DNA of 64,000 nt, taken from the NCBI GenBank assembly GCA_963813535.1, contig CAWEZH010000003.1:32001-96000 (forward strand). The letters run 5' to 3'. The position numbers and the translations under genes were made by a program. Every line of letters starts with the position of its first letter. Positions within the stretch are counted from its first letter, which is position 1. The notes under the pieces were generated by a model. It was not told where the DNA came from, did not search any database, and saw nothing but the letters and a program-made list of their open reading frames with translations. The stretch comes from an uncultured Chloroflexia bacterium (GTDB lineage Bacteria > Chloroflexota > Limnocylindria > Limnocylindrales > CSP1-4). Below are positions 1 to 10,902 of this stretch, in pieces.

Positions 1-531
1 CGCGAACGGCCCATGCGAACCGACCAGCACCGCCGGCGCGTCCGTCGGGCTCCGACCCGCCTCCGCCAACGTCTCGACGATGACCCGGCCCGTCTCCCAT
101 TCGTATTCCCCGGCGACCTCGTCGTCCCGGAGCGCCCGACTCACCGGCACCGACCCGCGGAAGTAGTCGGCGTGGGTCGTGCCAAGACAGGGGATGGCCC
201 GACCCGCCTGTGCCCACGCCGTGGCGCTTCGGGAGTGGGTATGCACGATCCCGCCGACGTCCGGAAAGGTGCGGTAGAGGTATCGATGGGTCGGCGTATC
301 GGTCGATGGCCGGAGCGACCCCTCGACGACGCCGCCGTCCTCGAGGTCGACCACGACCATGTTCTCCGGCTGCAGCTCCGCGTAGGGCACGCCGCTGGGC
401 TTGATGACCATGACGCCGGCCGTACGGTCGACGCCGCTGACGTTGCCGAAGGACAGGGTGACCAGCCCGGCATCGTGGATGCCCGTGTTCGCAGCGGCGA
501 CCGTGGCGCGCAGCTCGGCCAGGTCGTTCAT
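1..531 (-). CDS. araD: L-ribulose-5-phosphate 4-epimerase (3' end runs off the window)
   Basis: Translated by hand because it is not in the ORF track: MNDLAELRATVAAANTGIHDAGLVTLSFGNVSGVDRTAGVMVIKPSGVPY, with the class II aldolase/AraD GNVS and IKPSG motifs. Its start overlaps the GH127 stop (ATGA), and it sits in an operon with araA. Confidence 0.9.
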   Translation of the reverse strand, partial: MNDLAELRATVAAANTGIHDAGLVTLSFGNVSGVDRTAGVMVIKPSGVPYAELQPENMVVVDLEDGGVVEGSLRPSTDTPTHRYLYRTFPDVGGIVHTHSRSATAWAQAGRAIPCLGTTHADYFRGSVPVSRALRDDEVAGEYEWETGRVIVETLAEAGRSPTDAPAVLVGSHGPFA

Positions 532-2417
532 CCCGGTCCGGCCGGGATCCAGACCCGCATCGCCTCGACGTTCCGGTTGCCCCAGGTGAAGTACGGGATG
601 GCCTGCACCGGCAGGTCGGGCGGCGTCGCGGCCGTCGTCACCACGCCGAGGACGCCGGCGCCGAGATCGGGCCGCGGGACCGTTCGAACCTCGGCGGACG
701 GCCGGACGGCGACATCCTCGAGCGAGGTGCCGGGCGGAAGATCGGCCGTCTCGAACGCATAGACGAGTGGCCCGCGCTCGAAGGCGATCGACCCCCGGAT
801 CGCATCGACGCGACGGTCCGGGTGCACGAGCCGGACCTCCGACGGCAGCTCGAGCGTCAGCCGGTCGCCGGCCTGCCACGCTCGCCGTTCCGAGGTGGTG
901 CGTCCGCTGAGGGCAGTGGTGGCCCCGTCCGGCGTTCGGAGCGTCGTCCCGTCCGCCCAGCCCGGGACGCGCAGGGTGAGCGTCCAGGGTTCGACGGGTG
1001 TCTCATGCACGGTCACCTCGACCCGCCCGTCCCACGGGTACTCGGTCGTCATGGACAGGCTGACGCGGCCGCCGGCCAGGTCCGCCTCGACGTCGCCGTC
1101 GACGAACTGGTGGATCTGTATCCCATCCGGGTCGTGCGTCGCGACGAATTGCGGGAACGAGGCGATGGTCCGCATCAGGTTGGGCGGGCAGCAGGCGCAC
1201 GCATACCACGTCGCACGTTCGCCCTGGCCGGGTTGGGCCCACGCCCGTTCCGTCCGGCGTTGGAGTGGATTGACGTAGAAGAACCGCGTGCCGTCCTGCG
1301 AGAGCGCCGGGAGGACGGCGTTGTACAGGGTGCGCTCGATGACGTCGGCGCACTCTGGGTCGCCCGTGGCCAGGAGGAGCCGCCAGGCGAGCATCACCGA
1401 TGCGATGGCCGCACACGTCTCGGCGTAGGCGAGGTCCGGCGGGAGCTCGAACGGATCGCCGAATGCCTCGTCGCGATGCCGGCTGCCGAGGGCACCCGTC
1501 ATGTACATGCGGGTCGCCACCATGTCGCGCCATCGACGCATGACCGCGTCGAGCAGCGCTTGGTCCCCTTGCTCGACGGCGACGTCGACGGCGCCGCAAT
1601 CGAGGTAGAGCTGGCGCACCGCGTGTCCCACCACCGACGGCGCCTCCGCGACCGGGAGGTGGTCCTGCCAGTAGCCCGGTCCGAACCGCCCGCTGCCGAG
1701 CAGACCGTGACCTCGGCGTTCGATCAGGACGGTGGCGAAATCGAGGTAGCGCCGCTCGCCGGTCGCGCGGTAGAGCTCCACGAGGGCCATCTCGAACTCG
1801 GGATGACCTTCGATGGCCTCGCGGCCTTCCGGCCCGAGCTCTCGCTCGGCGGATGCGACCGCACGCTCGGCGACGAGGAGGAGACGATCGTCGCCGAGCG
1901 CACGGTGCCAGGCGATCGCCGCCTGGAGGAGATGGCCGTAGCAGTACAGCTCGTGGCCCCAGGCCAGGTCGCGGTACTCGGTCCCGGGAGCCAGGATCTG
2001 CACGAAGGTGTTGAGGTAGCCATCAGACCGCTGGGCGGACACGATGAGCCCGATGGCCTCATCGGCCATCTCGCCGATGCGGGCATCCCACGCTCGGCCG
2101 AGCTCCCAGCCAGCCCCCTCGAGCCACTTGTAGACGTCCGAGTCGAGGAAGGGAAACGGCTTGTCGAACATGAGCCCGAGAGCCCGATAGCCGTCGCCGG
2201 CCGCTGCGGCACCCGCGGCGAGCGTGAAGTTGTGCAGGGTGCCGGCGCTCCGGAGCTGCTCGAAGCCGGCGGGGATGGTCCGCTCGCGATTGGTCGCCAG
2301 CCGGTCCGCCCAGAAGCCCCCCGTGACCCGCACATCCGAGGCGGCGAGGGGACGGAAGGTCGACGATGCGCCGCTGGTCGGAAGCACGCTCGGGTCCCGT
2401 GCTGATGTGATCGCCAT
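528..2417 (-). CDS. GH127 family beta-L-arabinofuranosidase-like glycoside hydrolase
   Basis: Motifs DSDVYKWLEG, HELYCYGHL, GHAVR, YAETCAA and CACCPPN (Cys triad). Start taken at the ATG (MAITSARD) just downstream of the araA stop. Confidence 0.88.
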   Translation of the reverse strand: MAITSARDPSVLPTSGASSTFRPLAASDVRVTGGFWADRLATNRERTIPAGFEQLRSAGTLHNFTLAAGAAAAGDGYRALGLMFDKPFPFLDSDVYKWLEGAGWELGRAWDARIGEMADEAIGLIVSAQRSDGYLNTFVQILAPGTEYRDLAWGHELYCYGHLLQAAIAWHRALGDDRLLLVAERAVASAERELGPEGREAIEGHPEFEMALVELYRATGERRYLDFATVLIERRGHGLLGSGRFGPGYWQDHLPVAEAPSVVGHAVRQLYLDCGAVDVAVEQGDQALLDAVMRRWRDMVATRMYMTGALGSRHRDEAFGDPFELPPDLAYAETCAAIASVMLAWRLLLATGDPECADVIERTLYNAVLPALSQDGTRFFYVNPLQRRTERAWAQPGQGERATWYACACCPPNLMRTIASFPQFVATHDPDGIQIHQFVDGDVEADLAGGRVSLSMTTEYPWDGRVEVTVHETPVEPWTLTLRVPGWADGTTLRTPDGATTALSGRTTSERRAWQAGDRLTLELPSEVRLVHPDRRVDAIRGSIAFERGPLVYAFETADLPPGTSLEDVAVRPSAEVRTVPRPDLGAGVLGVVTTAATPPDLPVQAIPYFTWGNRNVEAMRVWIPAGPG

Positions 2418-2419
2418 GA

Positions 2420-3925
2420 CTACGGACCGCGGTTGACGTAGTAGAAGGCCTGGTTCCAACGCAACTCGCGCTTGAAGTCGGCCGCCGTGGTGTCGGCACC
2501 GATCGTCACGAGCTCGATGTCGGCGATGTCCGCGAAGTCGACCAGCGGTTCCATGCCGAGACTCGTCGTGAGGGCCGTGTGATGCGGGCCGCCCGCCATG
2601 AGCCACGCTTCGGCGGCCGTGGCGAGCGTGGGACGCGGTCGCCACACGGCTCGTGCGACCGGAAGCTTGGGCAATGGTTCCTCGGCCCGCACGATGTCGA
2701 CCTCGCTGGCGATCATGCGGAACCGATCCCCGAGATCCGCGAGGCCGACCACGACGGCGGGGCCAGGCGAGGCATCGAAGACGAGGCGGACCGGGTCGGC
2801 ACGGCCGCCGATGGCGAGCGGATGGATCTCGCATGACGGCCGGTCACGCGTCAGCGACGGACAGACCTCGAGCATGTGGGCGCCAAGGACCTCGGGCACC
2901 GGATCGCCCAGGTGGTACGTGTAGTCCTCCATGAACGACGTCCCGCCCGGCAGCCCGGTCGCCATGACCTTGAGGACGCGGACGAGCGCGGCGGCCTTCC
3001 AGTCCCCTTCCGCACCGAACCCGTAGCCGTCCGCCATCAGCCGCTGGACGCCGATGCCCGGCAATTGTTCGAGCGCGCCGAGGTCCTCGAACGTGTCGGT
3101 GAGGGCGGCGAAACCGCCATCCTCGAGGAATGACCGCATGCCGGCCTCGATGCGCGCCGCCGTCCGCAACGCATCGTGGCGATCGCCACCCGCTCGCAGC
3201 GCTGGCACGACGTCGTAGGAACTCTCGTACGCATCGATGAGCGCCGTGACCTCGGTCTCGGGGACGGCCGATACGCGATCGGCGAGGTCGTTGACGCCGT
3301 AGCCGTTGACGGAGAAACCGAGCCGGAGCTGGGCCTCGACCTTGTCGCCCTCGGTCACGGCGACCTGGCGCATGTTGTCGCCGAACCGGGCGATCTTCAG
3401 CCGCCTGGCCTCGTGCCATCCCGCCGCCGCCCGTGCCCACGAGCCGAGTCGGGACGTCACGGCCGGGTCCTGCCAGTGCCCGACGACCGTCTTCCGGCCG
3501 CGCCGCAACCGCGTCTGGATGAACGCGAACTCGCGATCGCCGTGGGCGGCCTGATGGAGGTTCATGAAGTCCATGTCGATCTCGGCCCACGGGAGATCGC
3601 GGTTGTACTGCGTGTGGAGATGGACGAGCGGCTTGCGCAGATCGGCCAGCCCGCCGATCCACATCTTTGCCGGCGAGAACGTGTGCATCCAGGTGATCAC
3701 CCCGACGCACTGGGCGGCCGTATCGGCCTCCTGCAGGACGCTGCTGATGCCCTCCGGCGTGCTGACGACGGTCTTCGCGACGACCCTCACCGGGACGTCG
3801 GCGGACTCGTCGAGACAGGCAGCGATGTGCCGGGCGTTCTCATCGACCTTCTGGAGCACGTCGTCGCCGTACAGGTCCTGGCTGCCCGTCACGAACCACG
3901 CCTCGAGGTGCTGCAGGTCCGTCAT
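2420..3925 (-). CDS. araA: L-arabinose isomerase
   Basis: Motifs [70 protein letters not shown] and GGPHH. An alternative GTG start at 3958 overlaps the upstream stop. Confidence 0.95.
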   Translation of the reverse strand: MTDLQHLEAWFVTGSQDLYGDDVLQKVDENARHIAACLDESADVPVRVVAKTVVSTPEGISSVLQEADTAAQCVGVITWMHTFSPAKMWIGGLADLRKPLVHLHTQYNRDLPWAEIDMDFMNLHQAAHGDREFAFIQTRLRRGRKTVVGHWQDPAVTSRLGSWARAAAGWHEARRLKIARFGDNMRQVAVTEGDKVEAQLRLGFSVNGYGVNDLADRVSAVPETEVTALIDAYESSYDVVPALRAGGDRHDALRTAARIEAGMRSFLEDGGFAALTDTFEDLGALEQLPGIGVQRLMADGYGFGAEGDWKAAALVRVLKVMATGLPGGTSFMEDYTYHLGDPVPEVLGAHMLEVCPSLTRDRPSCEIHPLAIGGRADPVRLVFDASPGPAVVVGLADLGDRFRMIASEVDIVRAEEPLPKLPVARAVWRPRPTLATAAEAWLMAGGPHHTALTTSLGMEPLVDFADIADIELVTIGADTTAADFKRELRWNQAFYYVNRGP

Positions 3926-3954
3926 CGACGCCACCGCTCGACTCGCTCGGGCGA

Positions 3955-4858
3955 TCACTTGAGCGCTCCCTGGGTCAGACCCGACACGTAGTAGCGCTGC
4001 AGGAGCAGGTAGAAGAGGACACACGGGATGATCGAGATCGTCACGCCGGCCTGGAGCATCCCCCAGTCCGTGCCTCCGAGGCTCGTCTCGGTTCGGGCGG
4101 CCGCGAGGATGACCGGCAGCGTGAACGAGGACGCCCTGCTGTTCATCACGAGCGACCCGAGCAGCTCGTTCCACGAGGTGATGAAGGCGAACAGGGCCAC
4201 CGTGACGATGGCCGGCACGACCGCCGGCAGGAGGACCCGGGTCAGGACCTGCCAGCTCCCCGCCCCATCGATGACCGCGGCCTCCTCGAGCTCGCGCGGG
4301 ATCGCCTCGAAGCTGTTGCGCATGATGTAGAGGCTGAACGGCAGCTGGATCGTGGTGTGCAGGATCGCCGAGACCGACGATCGTGTTCGTCAGCTTGAGC
4401 TGGACGAACATCAGGAACATCGGGGTCAGCAGCGCCTGGTACGGGATGATCAGCGCCATCAGCAGGAAGACGAACAGGATCTCCTTGCCCGGGATCGGCA
4501 GGCGAGCCAGCGCGAAACCGGCAGGGATCGTGAGGGCCAGGGCGAACACGATCGTCAGGGCCGCCGTGCCGAGGCTGTTGAACAGGTAATGGGGCAACCC
4601 GGCCTGGTAGTCCCACAGGCGCACGTAGCTGTCGAAGCTCAGCTGACTCGGGAGATAGGTCGGCGGAACGGCGGCGGCCTCTGCGGTCGTCTTCAGCGAT
4701 GCCAGGATCGACAAGACGATGGGCAGGATCATCACCGTGCAGATGGCCACACAGATCGCGCCGGTCAGCAGGCGATTCCGGCCCTCGAGTGCGCGGCGCG
4801 GCATCCGACGGACGCGATCCACGGCCGCGGGAGTCGTCGCCACTGACCCGGCACTCAT
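3955..4858 (-). CDS. Carbohydrate ABC transporter permease (MalG-like), frameshifted near 4369
   Basis: The N-half (NSLGTAALT...[11 protein letters not shown]) and C-half ([19 protein letters not shown]...[16 protein letters not shown]) are in different frames. Removing one G from CTCGGCGATC restores the frame. Confidence 0.85.
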
Positions 4859-4859
4859 G

Positions 4860-5738
4860 TCAGACGTGGCTCCGCCGCGTCAGGAACAGCTGCACCACGG
4901 TGAAGACGAGGATGATCGCGGCAAGGATCAACGACAGGGCCGCGCCGTACCCGAGCTTGAGGTACGGGAAGGAATTCAGGTAGACGTAGAAGACCGCCGT
5001 GGCCGTCCGATTGAACGGCTGTCCCGCGGTCATGACGTAGAACTGGTCGAACGCCAGCAGCGAGCCGATGACGCTGATCAGCGTGACCAGCAGGATCGTT
5101 CGGCGGGTCAGCGGCAGCGTGATGTGCAGGACGCGCTGCCTCACGCTGGCCCCATCGACCATCGTCGCCTCGTTGATCTCCGAGGGGATGGCCTGGATGG
5201 CCGCGACGAACAGGAGCATCCCGAAGCCCAGGACCTTCCAGACGATCGAGACGATGATCGCCCACGTCGAGAGCCAGGCGTCGGTGCCGAGCCAGTTGAT
5301 CGGCTTGTCGATCAGGCCGACGTCGATGAGTGCCGTGTTGATGTAGCCGAAGGTCGGGTTGAACAGCCAATACCAGAGCAGGCTCGACACGCCCAGCCCG
5401 ATGACGACCGGCACGAAGACGACCGTCCTCGTCAGTCGGTTGAGCGCCCGGTTCCCGGTGACCAACAGGGCCAGCAGGTACCCACCGACCATGAGGATCG
5501 GGGTGATCAGCAGGGTGTACTGGAGGCTGTAGATCAGCGATACCCAGAACTGCCGGTCGGCGAATGCCCGCGTGAAGTTGCCGATCCCGACGAAATTGGG
5601 CGGCGTGATCAGTGACCAGCTGTTGAACGAGACCCAGACCATCTGGATGAACGGGTATGCCGTGAAGACGAGCACGAAGAGCAGCGCCGGGGCCAGATAG
5701 GCGAGCCCGATGAGCTTGAAGCGGCGCGTTGCGTACAC
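4860..5738 (-). CDS. Carbohydrate ABC transporter permease (MalF-like)
   Basis: Multiple TM segments, an EAA loop (EATMVDGAS), and AFDQFYVMT and GYGAALS. Confidence 0.9.
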   Translation of the reverse strand: MYATRRFKLIGLAYLAPALLFVLVFTAYPFIQMVWVSFNSWSLITPPNFVGIGNFTRAFADRQFWVSLIYSLQYTLLITPILMVGGYLLALLVTGNRALNRLTRTVVFVPVVIGLGVSSLLWYWLFNPTFGYINTALIDVGLIDKPINWLGTDAWLSTWAIIVSIVWKVLGFGMLLFVAAIQAIPSEINEATMVDGASVRQRVLHITLPLTRRTILLVTLISVIGSLLAFDQFYVMTAGQPFNRTATAVFYVYLNSFPYLKLGYGAALSLILAAIILVFTVVQLFLTRRSHV

Positions 5739-5863
5739 GCTCGACCTCCGGATGGGACTGGCGCCGACCGAGACGGCCGGTCAGCCGATCGACCTCCGAC
5801 GATACGTGGCCGCGGTACTTCGGAGAAGCACCGCGGCCGACGTCGTCAGTTTGGGCGGGCAGC

Positions 5864-7261
5864 CTAGGTCGGCTGGCAGGAGATGCCCTTCATCGCCTCC
5901 TTGGTCTCGTTGATCACCGTGTCGAGGTCGTCCTCGGTGTAGTAGGCCCGCTGGAGCATCTGCAGCCACGGACCCTGCGGGGAGTTGATCTGCTCGAAGA
6001 ACGTCAGCGTGTACGGGGTGCGGCCGACTTCGAGCGCCTTGGCCACATCCTGCACCAGCGGCTCCGCCTGGAAGTACTTGTTGTCGGCCATGTCCGAGCG
6101 GGTCGTGAGGTTGAGCAGCTTCGCGTAGCCCTCGACCTGCTCGTTGTCCGAGAGGATGAACTTCATGAACTCGACGGCGTCGGTGACGCGGTCGCTGCCG
6201 TTCGGGACGACGACGAGGTCGCCGCCGATGAACGACGCGGACGACCCTGGCGCCTCGCCCGGCAGGTTGGCGATGCCGTATTCGAACTCGTGGCCCTTCA
6301 TCTGGTCGTTGGCCAGCGTGATGTTGAAGTTGCCGGTGCCCATCATGCCGAGCGTCCCGGACCCGAACTGCAGGTGGAAGGTCTCACCGTTCTCCGACCG
6401 GGCTCCTTCCGGGACGTTCCCGGCCTTGATCTGATCACGTGCCCACTGGAGCACGGTCTTGATGCCCGGGCCGGTCAGCGGCTCGTCGCCGCACTTGCCG
6501 GCCTCGATCTGGGCCTCCGAGGCCCACATCAGCGGACCGACGGTGAAGATGTTGCAGCCGGCGCAGTTGCCCGGCAGGTAGTACCCCTTGGTGTCGCCAC
6601 CGAGCGCCGTGATCTTGTCCGCGAACTCGCGGACCTCGGCCAGGCTGGTCGGCGGCTTGGTCGGATCCAGTCCTGCCTTCTCGAACAGGGACTTGTTGTA
6701 GAAGAGCGCCGACACGTCGGCGTAGAGGGGAACGCCGTAGAGGCGCTCATTGAACGTCGCGACGGACATGTGCCCGGGGCTCGCGGTCGTGAGCTCAGGC
6801 CAGTCCTTGATCATGTCCGTGAGATCCACGAGCTGTCCCGCGTTCTCGAACTGCGGGGCGTAGATCAGGTCCATGCCCATCAGATCGGGCACCTCGCCCG
6901 AGGCGATGCCCTGGGCGATCTTGCCGACCATCTCGGCATGGGGGATGTAGCTGAGGTTGATCGGCTTCGCCGCGTTGGCCGTGTTCCAGTCGCAGACGAG
7001 CTGATCGACCATGCCCTTGTTACCGCCCGAGCGCTCCCACATCTGGAGCGCGTTCGGATCGGCGCTCTGCGCGCAATCGGCGGCGGGCTCCGGTGTCGTG
7101 ACGGCCGCCGGAGCGGATTCCGACGCGGCCGCTGATCCGCTGGCCGCCGCACTGGCAGATGCCCCGGCCGACGGCGCGGTGGTCGGTGTCCCGGTGCTAC
7201 ACGCGACGCTCGCGAGGATCACCACGATCGCGAGGGCCCACAGCCGAAGTTGGCTCCTCAT
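5864..7261 (-). CDS. Sugar ABC transporter substrate-binding lipoprotein
   Basis: Lipobox SVAC, Ala/Ser linker, SBP_bac_1-like LYGVPLYADVSALFYNK and FIGGD. GGAG RBS upstream. Confidence 0.9.
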   Translation of the reverse strand: MRSQLRLWALAIVVILASVACSTGTPTTAPSAGASASAAASGSAAASESAPAAVTTPEPAADCAQSADPNALQMWERSGGNKGMVDQLVCDWNTANAAKPINLSYIPHAEMVGKIAQGIASGEVPDLMGMDLIYAPQFENAGQLVDLTDMIKDWPELTTASPGHMSVATFNERLYGVPLYADVSALFYNKSLFEKAGLDPTKPPTSLAEVREFADKITALGGDTKGYYLPGNCAGCNIFTVGPLMWASEAQIEAGKCGDEPLTGPGIKTVLQWARDQIKAGNVPEGARSENGETFHLQFGSGTLGMMGTGNFNITLANDQMKGHEFEYGIANLPGEAPGSSASFIGGDLVVVPNGSDRVTDAVEFMKFILSDNEQVEGYAKLLNLTTRSDMADNKYFQAEPLVQDVAKALEVGRTPYTLTFFEQINSPQGPWLQMLQRAYYTEDDLDTVINETKEAMKGISCQPT

Positions 7262-7348
7262 CCCTGTGCTCCTCCATGAACCACTCCGGCGGTCCGGCCA
7301 GCGGGATGCTGCCTCCGGTCCCCTCGAGCTGTGTCACCATATCACACA

Positions 7349-7362
7349 TGCAAACGCGTGCA
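7349..7362. promoter_or_regulatory. Putative LacI-family operator upstream of the arabinose operon
   Basis: TGCAAACGCGTGCA is a 14-bp imperfect palindrome with central CG, resembling TGnAAnCGnTTnCA, in the divergent intergenic region. Confidence 0.55.
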
Positions 7363-7418
7363 CACATTCGAATTCTCGATGATCTGCACCGACTGGTGCG
7401 GCGACTGGAGGCCGGGCG

Positions 7419-8372
7419 ATGGGCGTGAAGCTGGGGGTCAATCTGTGGAGCCAGGCGAGCGACTGGCCCTCATTCCTGGCCGCCGGCCGCCGTGCCGAGG
7501 AGCTCGGTTACGACTCGCTGTGGACGTGGGACCACCTCTACGCGATCTTCGGTGACCCGCACCAGCCGATCTTCGAGGGCTACACCGCGCTGGCGGCCCT
7601 TGCCCAGGCGACCGAGCGCATCCGCCTCGGACTGTTCGTCGGCGCCAACCCCTTCCGCAATCCGGGTCTCGTCGCCAAGTCCGTCACGACCATCGACCAC
7701 ATCAGCGACGGCCGCGCGATCCTCGGCATCGGCGGCGCGTGGTTCGAGCTGGAGCATCGCGCGTTCGGCCTGGACTTCGGCTCGGGGTTCGGGCAACGCC
7801 TCGATTGGCTGGCCGAGGCCGCGCCAGCCCTGCGAGCCCTGCTCGACGGGTCGTCGGTGACGAGTCCGCCCGACGGTCGCTATGCGTTCGACGACCTGCG
7901 GATCGATCCGCCACCCCTCCAGGGCCACCTGCCGATCATGATCGGCGGCGCCGGCGAGAAGAAGACCCTGCGGATCGTCGCCCGCTACGCGGACATGTGG
8001 AACGTCTTCGGCACACCCGAGACCGTGGCCGCGAAGGATGCCGTCCTCCGCGCGCACTGCGCGGATGTCGGGCGGGACCCATCGGAGATCGAGCGGACGT
8101 TGGGCTGCAAGGTGACGATCAGGTCCAGCGAAGCCGAAGCCGAGCGCGTCCGGCGGTCCCTCCTCGAACACAACCGCACCCCGATGGCGCGGGTCGAAGG
8201 CGACGTCTCGTTCTGGACGGGAACCGCGGAACAGATCGCCGAGACGATGCTCGGCTACGTCAACGTCGGATTCGAGACCTTCATCGTCGAGCTCCCGGCG
8301 CCCTACGATGTGGAGACGATGGAGTCGCTGGTCCGGGTCGTCCGACCGATGGTCGACGCCCGCTTGACGTGA
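7419..8372 (+). CDS. LLM class (probably F420-dependent) oxidoreductase
   Basis: Motifs GYDSLWTWDHL, LAQATERIRLG, RNPGLVAK, GRAILGIGGAW and IMIGGAGEKKTLR. Confidence 0.88.
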   Translation: MGVKLGVNLWSQASDWPSFLAAGRRAEELGYDSLWTWDHLYAIFGDPHQPIFEGYTALAALAQATERIRLGLFVGANPFRNPGLVAKSVTTIDHISDGRAILGIGGAWFELEHRAFGLDFGSGFGQRLDWLAEAAPALRALLDGSSVTSPPDGRYAFDDLRIDPPPLQGHLPIMIGGAGEKKTLRIVARYADMWNVFGTPETVAAKDAVLRAHCADVGRDPSEIERTLGCKVTIRSSEAEAERVRRSLLEHNRTPMARVEGDVSFWTGTAEQIAETMLGYVNVGFETFIVELPAPYDVETMESLVRVVRPMVDARLT

Positions 8373-8382
8373 AGCGCTGACG

Positions 8383-9222
8383 ATGCGGATCGTCGTCACG
8401 GGTGGCAGCGGGAAGGCGGGCCGCTGGGTCGTCCGCGACCTGCGCGAGCACGGTCACGATGTCCTGAACGTCGACATCGTCCGCGACGGCAGCCCGCACG
8501 GGCAGTGCGTCGTCACCGACCTGACCGATCTCGGCTCGGCGATGGAAGTCGTCCGGGGTGCCGACGCCGTCGTCCACCTGGCGGCCATCCCGGCGCCCGA
8601 TCTCAAGGCACCCGGAGAGACGTTCCGCATCAACACGCTGTCCACGTACAACGTCTTCGAGGCGGCGATCCATGGTGGCGTCGGCCGGGTCGTCTGGGCA
8701 TCGAGCGAGACCGTGCTCGGCCTGCCCTTCGATGACCCTCCGGCGTTCGCGCCGATCGACGAGTCGCACCCGCCACGCCCCGAGACGTCCTACGCCATGT
8801 CCAAGCTCGTCGGCGAGATGCTGGCACAGCAGTCGGCCAGGCGCCACGGCCTGCCGTTCATCGGGCTGCGCATCTCGAACATCATGGAACCGGCCGACTA
8901 TGCGATGTTCGCATCGTGGCAGGACGATCCGGCGCAGCGGCGCTGGAACCTGTGGGGCTACGTGGACGCCCGGGATGTGGCGCAAGCGGTTCGCCTTGGT
9001 CTCGATGCGGATGTCCGCGGCGCCGAGGTCTGCATCATCGCGGCCGCCGATACGTGCATGACCATGGACAGCACCTCGCTCATGCAACAGGAGTTCCCGA
9101 CGGTGGACATGACACGAGCCCTGACCGGTCGCGAGACATTGCTCGCGATCGATCGGGCTCGTGACCTGCTGGGATATGCGCCGTCGATCAGCTGGCTCTC
9201 GGAGCGCTCGACGTCGGTCTAG
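8383..9222 (+). CDS. NAD-dependent epimerase/dehydratase family oxidoreductase
   Basis: TGGSGKAG Rossmann motif, VVHLAA, and a YAMSK catalytic motif. Confidence 0.88.
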   Translation: MRIVVTGGSGKAGRWVVRDLREHGHDVLNVDIVRDGSPHGQCVVTDLTDLGSAMEVVRGADAVVHLAAIPAPDLKAPGETFRINTLSTYNVFEAAIHGGVGRVVWASSETVLGLPFDDPPAFAPIDESHPPRPETSYAMSKLVGEMLAQQSARRHGLPFIGLRISNIMEPADYAMFASWQDDPAQRRWNLWGYVDARDVAQAVRLGLDADVRGAEVCIIAAADTCMTMDSTSLMQQEFPTVDMTRALTGRETLLAIDRARDLLGYAPSISWLSERSTSV

Positions 9223-9347
9223 ACGGTCGTCGGGCGGGACCAGTCGTCGCCGATGCCGTCGCGCGAGTCGGTGCCCTTGCTGAGCGCCGAGACGTCGAGC
9301 AGGAGCAGGATCCCCAGCACCGTTGCGATGATCGTCAGCAGTTCCAT
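9219..9347 (-). CDS. 42-aa single-TM micropeptide (GxDSR motif), divergent from MocR regulator
   Basis: GAGGAG RBS followed by MELLTIIATVLGILLLLDVSALSKGTDSRDGIGDDWSRPTTV*. It is homologous to the peptide at 34695-34841 and below the ORF-track size cutoff. Confidence 0.75.
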   Translation of the reverse strand: MELLTIIATVLGILLLLDVSALSKGTDSRDGIGDDWSRPTTV

Positions 9348-9403
9348 CTCGATCTCCTCGATCTGTCGTGGCTCGAGTTCGTAGAGACGATGGTGACGCC
9401 AGA

Positions 9404-9449
9404 CTGGTCATCTGGTAAGGTCCATTCCGATGGCGAGAACCAGGACCAG
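9404..9449. promoter_or_regulatory. Putative MocR operator (TGG[AT]C/G[AT]CCA boxes)
   Basis: Inverted pair TGGTC(9405)-N10-GTCCA(9420) plus a direct copy GACCA(9444), between and overlapping the divergent gene starts. Confidence 0.5.
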
Positions 9450-10836
9450 ATTCCCAACGGAGCTCCTCGTCGAGGTCCGCAAGGACGATCCCCTCCCCCT
9501 CCACCAGCAGCTCGAGCAGGAACTTCGCGGGGCGATCCGCGGAGGCCGGCTGGTGCCGGAGACAGCGCTCCCGTCGACGCGTGTCCTGGCCGAGCAGCTG
9601 AGCCTGTCCCGCGGTGTCGTGGTCGAGGCATATGAGCAGCTCGTCGCCGAGGGGTATCTGACGAGCCTGCCCGGCGGCGCCACCCGCGTCGCGACTCGCG
9701 CGGCCGTCGTGCGACCGGAGGCGCAGGCACCCACGGCCGCGCGCGAGATCCGCATCAACTTCGCGTACGGACGGCCGGACGTCACGCAGTTCCCCCGGCA
9801 GGTCTGGCTGCGCTCGCTCCGGCGTGTCCTCGTGGAGGCGCCGAGCGAGCGGCTCACCTACCTCGATCGACGCGGCGCCGAGGAGTTGCGCGCGGCCCTC
9901 GCCGCCTACCTCAATCGCGTCCGTGGGACAGCGGCCGATGCCGAGCGCATCGTGATCTGCAATGGCTTCGCCCAGGCGATCGACCTCGTCACGCAGCTCG
10001 TCAAGGCGCGTGGCGGGCGGCGGATCGCCGTCGAGGATCCGGGCGATGCTGATGGTCGAGTGGCCGTCCATCGGCACGGGCTGGAGACGGTGCCGCTCCC
10101 CGTCGACGACGGCGGGATCTCGATCGAGGCGTTGCGGGACTCGTCGGCCGATGCGGTGTTCCTGACGCCGGCCCATCACTACCCGACCGGCGCGGTCATG
10201 GCGCCGGACCGTCGAGCCGCCCTGCTGGCCTGGGCCGACGGGCGCGATGCGCTCATCCTGGAGGACGACTACGACGCCGAATACCGCTATGACCGCGAGC
10301 CGATCGGGGCCATCCATGGGCTTGCCCCGGAGCGCGTCATCTACGCGGGATCGGCGAGCAAGACGCTGGCACCGGGTCTCCGTCTCGGCTGGATGATCGT
10401 GCCGCACGACCACGTCGACGCCCTCGGCGCGATCAAGGATGCCAACGATCGCGGCTCACCGAGCCTCGACCAGCTCGCATTCGCCGATTTCCTCGTCAGA
10501 GGTGAGTTCGATCGCCATCTCCGCCGGATGCGACCGATCTATCGCGAGCGTCGGGACGCGTTGCTCGATGCCCTGCGCCGGTATCTGCCTGACGTGCGAC
10601 CGATCGGCGCATCTGCCGGCCTGCATGTCCTCGCGATGCTGCCCGCCGGGATCGACGAGAGCCGGGCCATCGACGACGCCGCCCGATCCGGCGTCAAGGT
10701 GACCGGACTTGCGCACACGTACCGCGACCCGACACGGGCGCCGGGCGGGCTGATCTTCGGCTACGGGCAGGTCACCGCGTCCGAGATCGACGAGGGCGTG
10801 CGGCTCGTTGCCGACGCGGTCGACTCGCTTCGCTGA
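9430..10836 (+). CDS. MocR/GabR family transcriptional regulator (GntR HTH plus PLP aminotransferase domain)
   Basis: LPSTRVLAEQLSLSRGVVVEAYEQL HTH, TPAHHYPTG, ILEDDYDAEY, and GSASKTLAPGLRLGW containing the PLP lysine. Confidence 0.93.
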   Translation: MARTRTRFPTELLVEVRKDDPLPLHQQLEQELRGAIRGGRLVPETALPSTRVLAEQLSLSRGVVVEAYEQLVAEGYLTSLPGGATRVATRAAVVRPEAQAPTAAREIRINFAYGRPDVTQFPRQVWLRSLRRVLVEAPSERLTYLDRRGAEELRAALAAYLNRVRGTAADAERIVICNGFAQAIDLVTQLVKARGGRRIAVEDPGDADGRVAVHRHGLETVPLPVDDGGISIEALRDSSADAVFLTPAHHYPTGAVMAPDRRAALLAWADGRDALILEDDYDAEYRYDREPIGAIHGLAPERVIYAGSASKTLAPGLRLGWMIVPHDHVDALGAIKDANDRGSPSLDQLAFADFLVRGEFDRHLRRMRPIYRERRDALLDALRRYLPDVRPIGASAGLHVLAMLPAGIDESRAIDDAARSGVKVTGLAHTYRDPTRAPGGLIFGYGQVTASEIDEGVRLVADAVDSLR

Positions 10837-10844
10837 ATACGGAT

Positions 10845-10876
10845 GCGCCCCGGGGCCGTTCGACGGCCCGGGGCGC
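10845..10876. terminator. Probable bidirectional terminator hairpin between convergent genes
   Basis: GCGCCCCGGGGCCGT-TCG-ACGGCCCGGGGCGC stem-loop. Confidence 0.65.
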
Positions 10877-10902
10877 GGGATACGCGGGTGGAGAGAGTCG
10901 AT

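Noticed and set aside
2420-4858. 812-aa permease-AraA fusion protein
   Set aside because: It results from a single extra G in the permease. The intervening sequence is out-of-frame permease C-terminus.
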